A stretch of 59,350 nt of DNA, taken from contig JAQGDQ010001150.1 in assembly GCA_030141605.1 (NCBI GenBank), forward strand, positions 1 to 59,350, read 5' to 3'. The notes under the pieces are model-generated. The model had not been told where the DNA came from and made no database searches. It saw only the letters and a program-made list of their open reading frames with translations. This stretch comes from Tubiluchus corallicola. Its lineage: Eukaryota > Animalia > Priapulida. Position numbers and translations under genes: made by a program. Shown here one piece after another: positions 52,901 through 59,350 of the stretch. Numbering within the stretch: the first letter of the stretch is position 1; every line of letters starts with the position of its first letter.

Positions 52901-53047
52901 TAAAGCCCCAATCATAACTTAATCCCTTTTTCACCAGGTAAAGTTGGAGATTGGAGGAACACCCTAAGTGTCGAGCAAAGTGATATCATCGACAGCCTCA
53001 CAGCAAAATGGCTGGAACCAGAAGGACTCATGTTTGAATATGAATAA
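43906..53047 (+). CDS. PAPS-dependent sulfotransferase C, about 330 aa; exons 43906-44071, 46502-46600, 47348-47562, 49057-49183, 50166-50260, 51244-51424, 52938-53047
   Basis: Same exon sizes and phases as A and B; TYPKAGTTW, IKAHLP, RNPKDTLVS, FMRKGKVGDWR; no in-frame stops. Confidence 0.92.
44117..45487. repeat. GC-rich minisatellite, 32-33-bp unit, about 41 copies
   Basis: gatggtaggggcctgctgaaatcatggggatc repeated in intron 1 of sulfotransferase C. Confidence 0.95.
48151..48627. mobile_element. hAT (Charlie-like) MITE, inverted copy of 35952-36433
   Basis: Same TIRs and near-identical body in reverse orientation; no clean TSD. Confidence 0.85.
50764..51178. mobile_element. hAT (Charlie-like) MITE, older copy
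   Basis: Same TIRs, internal deletions, degenerate TSD gcttatcg/gtttatag. Confidence 0.8.
52349..52845. mobile_element. MITE, same family as 23450-23917
   Basis: Near-identical body; gttttt on both sides. Confidence 0.8.
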
Positions 53048-53263
53048 TGCCAGCGTTAATACAGGAGGACTCGAATTTGAATATGAGTAACAATAGAATC
53101 GACCCTGAAGGACTTGTATTTGAATATGAGTAACAATAGAGTTAACCCTGCAGGACTCGCATTTGAATACGAGTAACAATAGAGTTAGTCCTTGAGGACT
53201 CACATTTGAATATGAGTAACAATAGAGTTAGTCCTGCAGGACTCGCATTTGAATGCGAGTAAC
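53021..53263 (+). repeat. 43-bp stop-codon-containing tandem array, 6 copies
   Basis: GGACT at 53024, 53067, 53110, 53153, 53196 and 53239, each followed by TTTGAAT..GA.TAA. Confidence 0.88.
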
Positions 53264-53493
53264 AGCTGTACCAATACAGTTGAGTTATTTTTTTATTTCC
53301 TTAATTTGAGTAACATTGATGAAACAAACCAAAATTTGCTATTAAATTTCTGGGATAAAATTTGACATAAATCTAATAACATGTTCTGACTAAACATCTT
53401 GGATTGCTGCGATTATTTCAGACGTGTTTTATTTCCCGCGCAGCTGTCAGACTGCAGTTAATTTTCCGGCGAAAATGTTCCATTGGACGAAGC

Positions 53494-54367
53494 TGGGGAT
53501 GTCGCGAAGCTCCGACAGAACCGGAGCTTCGAAACCGAATCCGAGTTTACCCGATTCAATTCGCTGAAGCTCTAAGTTGGTTTAGATTCGACCCGATTCG
53601 GCAGAGGGTTTTGAAAGGTTCGGCTACAGAGGCGATTCGGTAGCGCTTATGAGACAATCATTGACCTTCACACATTTCCGCGAAATCCTCAAATCGCTGC
53701 CTTTTTTAATAATTTCGCCCTACTTCAAATACGTCGACGTCTCCAAATTCAGTTTCAGCATGTGACCAGCTCATGAAATCCTAAGTGAAAGCATGCATCG
53801 CCTCAGGATTTTAACTGCTAGTTTCAACACAAATGCAAAGATTTCTGGTATTACTTTGACAGAACATGGTTTCGCAAACAGCATGTGTCCAACTGATGAA
53901 ATCCTAAGTGAAAGCATGCATCGCCTCACGATTTTAACTGCTAGTTTCAACACAAATGCAAAGATGTGTCCAACTGATGAAATCCTAAGTGAAAGCATGC
54001 ATCGCCTCACGATTTTAACTGCTAGTTTCAACACAAATGCAAAGATTTCTGGTATTACTTTGATAGAAAATTATTCTAAATTGAGATCCGGATTCGAAAT
54101 TATTTCAAACTGAGATTCGGATTCGAAAATTATTTCAAACTGAGATTCGGATTCGAAAATTATTTCCAACTGAGATTCATATTTGAAAATTATTTACAAC
54201 TGAGATTCGGATTCAAAAATTATTTCAAATTGAGATTCGGATTCGAAATTATTTCAAATTGAGATTCGGATTCGAAAATCATTTCAAACTGAGATTCGGA
54301 TTCGAAAATTATTTCCAACTGAGATTCGGTGTAGATTCGGATTCGGTAATTCTTCATGACATCCCTA
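53494..54367. mobile_element. hAT-like MITE with internal tandem repeats
   Basis: TIRs TGGGGATGTC/GACATCCCTA, TSD gacgaagc/gatgaagc; internal ~30-bp repeat 54081-54330 and triplicated segment 53760-54062. Confidence 0.7.
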
Positions 54368-54474
54368 GATGAAGCCATTTAGTCAATATTATACAGTTGA
54401 CGAAGCCATGTTACGACCGACGACGACCAAAAAAAAAACACAAACCGGGTCGAAATAACGGCAAAACCACTTAC

Positions 54475-54589
54475 CTGCACCACGTTCCGGAGAAGATCGA
54501 GGAAAGCCAGAGTTACGGGATAGGCTCCGGAAGGATGTTCCACTCCGGCAATTATACGTGACAGTGGACTGCTTTCCAATAAACCCGTA
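54475..54589 (-). CDS. NUP188: NUP188 internal exon (TGLLESSPLSRIIAGVEHPSGAYPVTLAFLDLLRNVVQ)
   Basis: cttctag acceptor (alternative in-frame acceptor giving exon end 54607), CAG|gtaagt donor; ExPxGxYxVTxAFL motif; its phase-0 end joins exon 8970-9087 across a 45.4 kb intron. Confidence 0.88.
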
Positions 54590-55270
54590 CTAGAAGTATA
54601 GGAACTACTGTACATAAGTGAACGAATGCGTTAAGATCAAATTTAATGTAAAAACAAGTTTTTCTATAACTCCTTCGGGACCGCACCATTCAAAATAGGG
54701 CTTGTAAGAACTATGACTTTTCTACTACTGTATGAGAACGGACATAACTAAATGATAGTTGCTGTTCTATTCAGGAGAATATCTGCTATCCAATCGTGCA
54801 ATTTGTTTAAACATTTATAAGTGATTTAATTGGATAAAATTAAGAAAAACGCGCCCTTTTCAGGCACTCCAACTTAGGCTATCGAGTAGCTCAGTCTGGT
54901 GTACACTTGCGCGATCGTACACACTAATTTATTGATCGTCTGCTTGCTACAACCGACTGGCTGCACATATTGAACATTATGGTTGATACACTTTGAATCG
55001 GAATTGATATTATGGCTGACTGGGGTGAGAAATGACATTTGTGCCAAGCTCTTTTTAACTCTTTCAGGACCGCATCATTCAAAATTGGTCTTACAAGAAC
55101 TGTGACTTTTCTGCTAATGTATGAGCCCAGACATAACTAAACGATAGTTGGTTGCTGTTCTATTCAGGAGAATATCAGGTATCCAATGATGCTATTTGTT
55201 TAAAGATTTATAACTCCTGACATATTAGACTCACGGTAACGTAGAATCAAGTTTGACAATTTCTCCATAC

Positions 55271-55341
55271 CTGATCGACGTAAGCTGAAGAGGACTGTTC
55301 AACTTTGGTAAGATTCCTGTCTTTTCTAGTTTGTCCCACAC
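55271..55341 (-). CDS. NUP188: NUP188 internal exon (VWDKLEKTGILPKLNSPLQLTSIS)
   Basis: tttacatag acceptor, AG|gtatgg donor (alternative in-frame donor extending to 55235); resembles NUP188 VWTDLRHTGFLP. Confidence 0.82.
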
Positions 55342-55419
55342 CTATGTAAAAAAAAGTTATCACCAATTACAATTATTAACTGCACCTGCACATAGGATAA
55401 GTCATCTCATCTTTACATC

Positions 55420-58400
55420 CCATGTTATAGTTTGAAAGCTAAGTATCCTATGTTATAGTTTGAAAGCTAAGTATCCTATGTTATAGTTTGAAAGCTAAGT
55501 ATCCTATGTTATAGTTTGAAAGCTAAGTATCCTATGTTATAGTTTGAAAGCTAAGTATCCTATGTTATGGTATGAAAGCTAAGTATCCTATGTTATAGTT
55601 TGAAAGCTAAGTATCCTATGTTATAGTTTGAAAGCTAAGTATCCTATGTTATAGTATGAAAGCTAAGTATCCCATGCTATAGTTTGAAAGCTAAGTATCC
55701 TATGTTACAGTTTGAAAGCTAAGTATCCTATGTTATAGTTTGAAAGCTAAGTATCCTATGTTATAGTTTGTTTGAAAGCTAAGTATCCTATGTTATGTGA
55801 AAGCTAAGTATCCATTATGTTGAAAGCTAAGTATCCATTATGTTGAAAGCTAAGTATCCTATGTTATAGTTTGAAAGCTAAGTATCCTATGTATAGTTTG
55901 AAAGCTAAGTATCCTATGTTATAGTTTGAAAGCTAAGTATCCTATGTTATAGTTTGAAAGCTAAGTATCCTATGTTATAGTTTGAAAGCTAAGTATCCTA
56001 TGTTACAGTTTGAAAGCTAAGTGTCCCATGTTATAGTTTGAAAGCTAAGTATCCTATGTTATGGTTTGAAAGCTAAGTATCCTATGTTATAGTTCGAAAG
56101 CTAAGTATCCTACATTATAGTTTGAAAGCTAAGTATCCTATGTTATAGTTTGAAAGCTAAGTATCCCATGTTATAGTTTGAAAGCTAAGTATCCTATGTT
56201 ATAGTTCGAAAGCTAAGTATCCTATGTTATAGTTCGAAAGCTAAGTATCCTATGTTATAGTTTGAAAGCTAAGTATCCTATGTTATAGTTTGAAAGCTAA
56301 GTATCCAGTTATAGTTGAAAGCTAAGTATCCATTATAGTTGAAAGCTAAGTATCCATGTTAAAGTTTGAAAGCTAAGTATCCTATGTTATGTTGAAAGCT
56401 AAGTATCCTATGTTATAGTTTGAAAGCTAAGTATCCTATGTTATAGTTTGAAAGCTAAGTATCCTATGTTATAGTTTGAAAGCTAAGTATCCTATGTTAT
56501 AGTTTGAAAGCTAAGTATCCTATGTTATAGTTTGAAAGCTAAGTATCCTATGTTATAGTTTGAAAGCTAAGTATCCTATGTTATAGTTTGAAAGCTAAGT
56601 ATCCTATGTTATAGTTTGAAAGTTAAGTGTCCCATGTTATAGTTTGAAAGCTAAGTATCCTATGTTATAGTTCGAAAGCTAAGTATCCTATGTTATAGTT
56701 TGAAAGCTAAGTATCCTACATTATAGTTTGAAAGCTAAGTATCCTATGTTATAGTTGAAAGCTAAGTATCCATTATGTTGAAAGCTAAGTATCCATGTTA
56801 TGTTACCAAAACCATGTTATAGTTTGAAAGCTAAGTATCCTATGTTATAGTTTGAAAGCTAAGTATCCTATGTTATAGTTTGAAAGCTAAGTATCCTATG
56901 TTATAGTTTGAAAGCTAAGTATCCTATGTTATAGTTTGAAAGCTAAGTATCCTATGTTATAGTTTGAAAGCTAAGTATCCTATGTTATAGTTGAAAGCTA
57001 AGTATCCACTATGTTATAGTTTGAAAGCTAAGTATCCTATGTTATAGTTTGAAAGCTAAGTATCCTACATTATAGTTTGAAAGCTAAGTATCCTATGTTA
57101 TAGTTTGAAAGCTAAGTATCCTATGTTATAGTTTGAAAGCTAAGTATCCTATGTTATAGTTTGAAAGCTAAGTATCCTATGTTATAGTTTGAAAGCTAAG
57201 TATCCTATGTTATAGTTTGAAAGCTAAGTATCCTACATTATAGTTTGAAAGCTAAGTATCCTATGTTATAGTTTGAAAGCTAAGTATCTAAAGTATCCTA
57301 TGTTATAGTTTGAAAGCTAAGTATCCTATGTTATAGTTTGAAAGCTAAGTATCCTATGTTATAGTTTGAAAGCTAAGTATCCTATGTTACAGTTTGAAAG
57401 CTAAGTATCCCATGTTATAGTTTGAAAGCTAAGTATCCTATGTTATAGTTTGAAAGCTAAGTATCCCATGTTATAGTTTGAAAGCTAAGTATCCTATGTT
57501 ATAGTTTGAAAGCTAAGTATCCTATGTTATAGTTTGAAAGCTAAGTATCCTATGTTATAGTTTGAAAGCTAAGTATCCTATGTTATAGTTTGAAAGCTAA
57601 GTATCCTATGTTATAGTTTGAAAGCTAAGTATCCTATGTTATAGTTTGAAAGCTAAGTATCCTATGTTATAGTTTGAAAGCTAAGTATCCCATTATAGTT
57701 TGAAAGCTAAGTATCCTATGTTATAGTTTGAAAGCTATATCCTATGTTATAGTTTGAAAGCTAAGTATCCTATGTTATAGTTTGAAAGCTAAGTATCCTA
57801 TGAACATGTTATAGTTTGAAAGCTAAGTATCCTATGTTATAGTTTGAAAGCTAAGTATCCTATGTTATAGTTTGAAAGCTAAGTATCCTATGTTATAGTT
57901 TGAAAGCTAAGTATCCTATGTTATAGTTTGAAAGCTAAGTATCCTATGTTATAGTTTGAAAGCTAAGTATCCTATGTTATAGTTTGAAAGCTAAGTATCC
58001 TATGTTATAGTTTGAAAGCTAAGTATCCTATGTTATAGTTTGAAAGCTAAGTATCCTATGTTATAGAAACTTATGTTTGAAAGCTAAGTATCCTATGTTA
58101 TAGTTTGAAAGCTAAGTATCCTATGTTATAGTTTGAAAGCTAAGTATGCTACATTATAGTTTGAAAGCCAAGTATCCTATGTTATAGTTTGAAAGCTAAG
58201 TATGCTACATTATAGTTTGAAAGCCAAGTATCCTATGTTATGGTATGAAAGCTAAGTATCCTACACTATAGTTTGAAAGCTAAGTATCCCATGTTATAGT
58301 TTGAAAGCTAAGTATCCTATGTTATAGTTTGAAAGCTAAGTATCCTATGTTATAGTTTGAAAGCTAAGTATCCTATGTTATAGTTTGAAAGCTAAGTATC

Positions 58401-59350
58401 CTATGTTATAGTTCGAAAGCTAAGTATCCTACATTATAGTTTGAAAGCTAAGTATCCTATGTTATAGTTTGAAAGCTAAGTATCCTATGTTATAGTTTGA
58501 AAGCTAAGTATCCTATGTTATAGTTTGAAAGCTAAGTATCCTATGTTATAGTTTGAAAGCTAAGTATCCTATGTTATAGTTTGAAAGCTAAGTATCCTAT
58601 GTTATAGTTTGAAAGCTAAGTATCCTATGTTATAGTTTGAAAGCTAAGTATCCTATGTTATAGTTTGAAAGCTAAGTATCCTATGTTATAGTTTGAAAGC
58701 TAAGTATCCTATGTTATAGTTTGAAAGCTAAGTATCCTATGTTATAGTTTGAAAGCTAAGTATCCTATGTTATAGTTTGAAAGCTAAGTATCCTATGTTA
58801 TAGTTTGAAAGCTAAGTATCCTATGTTATAGTTTGAAAGCTAAGTATCCTATGTTATGGTTTGAAAGCTAAGTATCCTATGTTATGGTTTGAAAGCTAAG
58901 TATCCTATGTTATAGTTTGAAAGCTAAGTATGCTACATTATAGTTTGAAAGCTAAGTATCCTATGTTATAGTTTGAAAGCTAAGTATGCTACATTATAGT
59001 TTGAAAGCCAAGTATCCTATGTTATAGTTTGAAAGCTAAGTATCCTACATTATAGTTTGAAAGCTAAGTATCCTATGTTATAGTTTGAAAGCTAAGTATG
59101 CTACATTATAGTTTGAAAGCTAAGTATCCTATGTTATAGTTTGAAAGCTAAGTATCCTATGTTATAGTTTGAAAGCTAAGTATCCTATGTTATAGTTTGA
59201 AAGCTAAGTATGCTACATTATAGTTTGAAAGCTAAGTATCCTATGTTATAGTTTGAAAGCTAAGTATGCTACATTATAGTTTGAAAGCCAAGTATCCTAT
59301 GTTATAGTTTGAAAGCTAAGTATCCTATGTTATAGTTTGAAAGCTAAGTA
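55420..59350. repeat. Satellite, 28-bp unit tatgttatagtttgaaagctaagtatcc, roughly 140 copies, running off the window end
   Basis: Direct inspection; period measured as 28. Confidence 0.97.

Noticed and set aside
16035-53047. Assigning a specific function (e.g. luciferin, ecdysteroid or toxin sulfation) or a SULT gene symbol
   Set aside because: Motifs give only the family; organism and substrate cannot be read from this sequence

Overview
AT-rich, intron- and repeat-rich animal (probably invertebrate) genomic DNA, not prokaryotic. The minus strand carries eight internal exons of nucleoporin NUP188 that I could splice by hand into one continuous frame (55341 down to 1405); the gene continues beyond both window edges. 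One NUP188 intron is about 45.4 kb (9088-54474). It hosts four genes on the opposite strand: three intact tandem 7-exon PAPS-dependent sulfotransferases of the cytosolic SULT fold, each with an unusual N-terminal hydrophobic/basic putative membrane anchor, and a single-coding-exon precursor for a small secreted 6-Cys peptide. Tandem arrays have expanded from the sulfotransferase exon boundaries: 14 copies of the catalytic-His segment plus donor in gene A, 21 copies of an acceptor in gene B, and 6 copies of the stop-codon segment in gene C. The rest is tRNA-derived SINEs, several MITE families with TIRs and TSDs, LINE fragments, mini- and microsatellites, an AT-rich palindrome, two orphan exon copies and a >3.9 kb 28-bp satellite. 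Gene identities come from motif recognition and remembered homologues; no database search was run.
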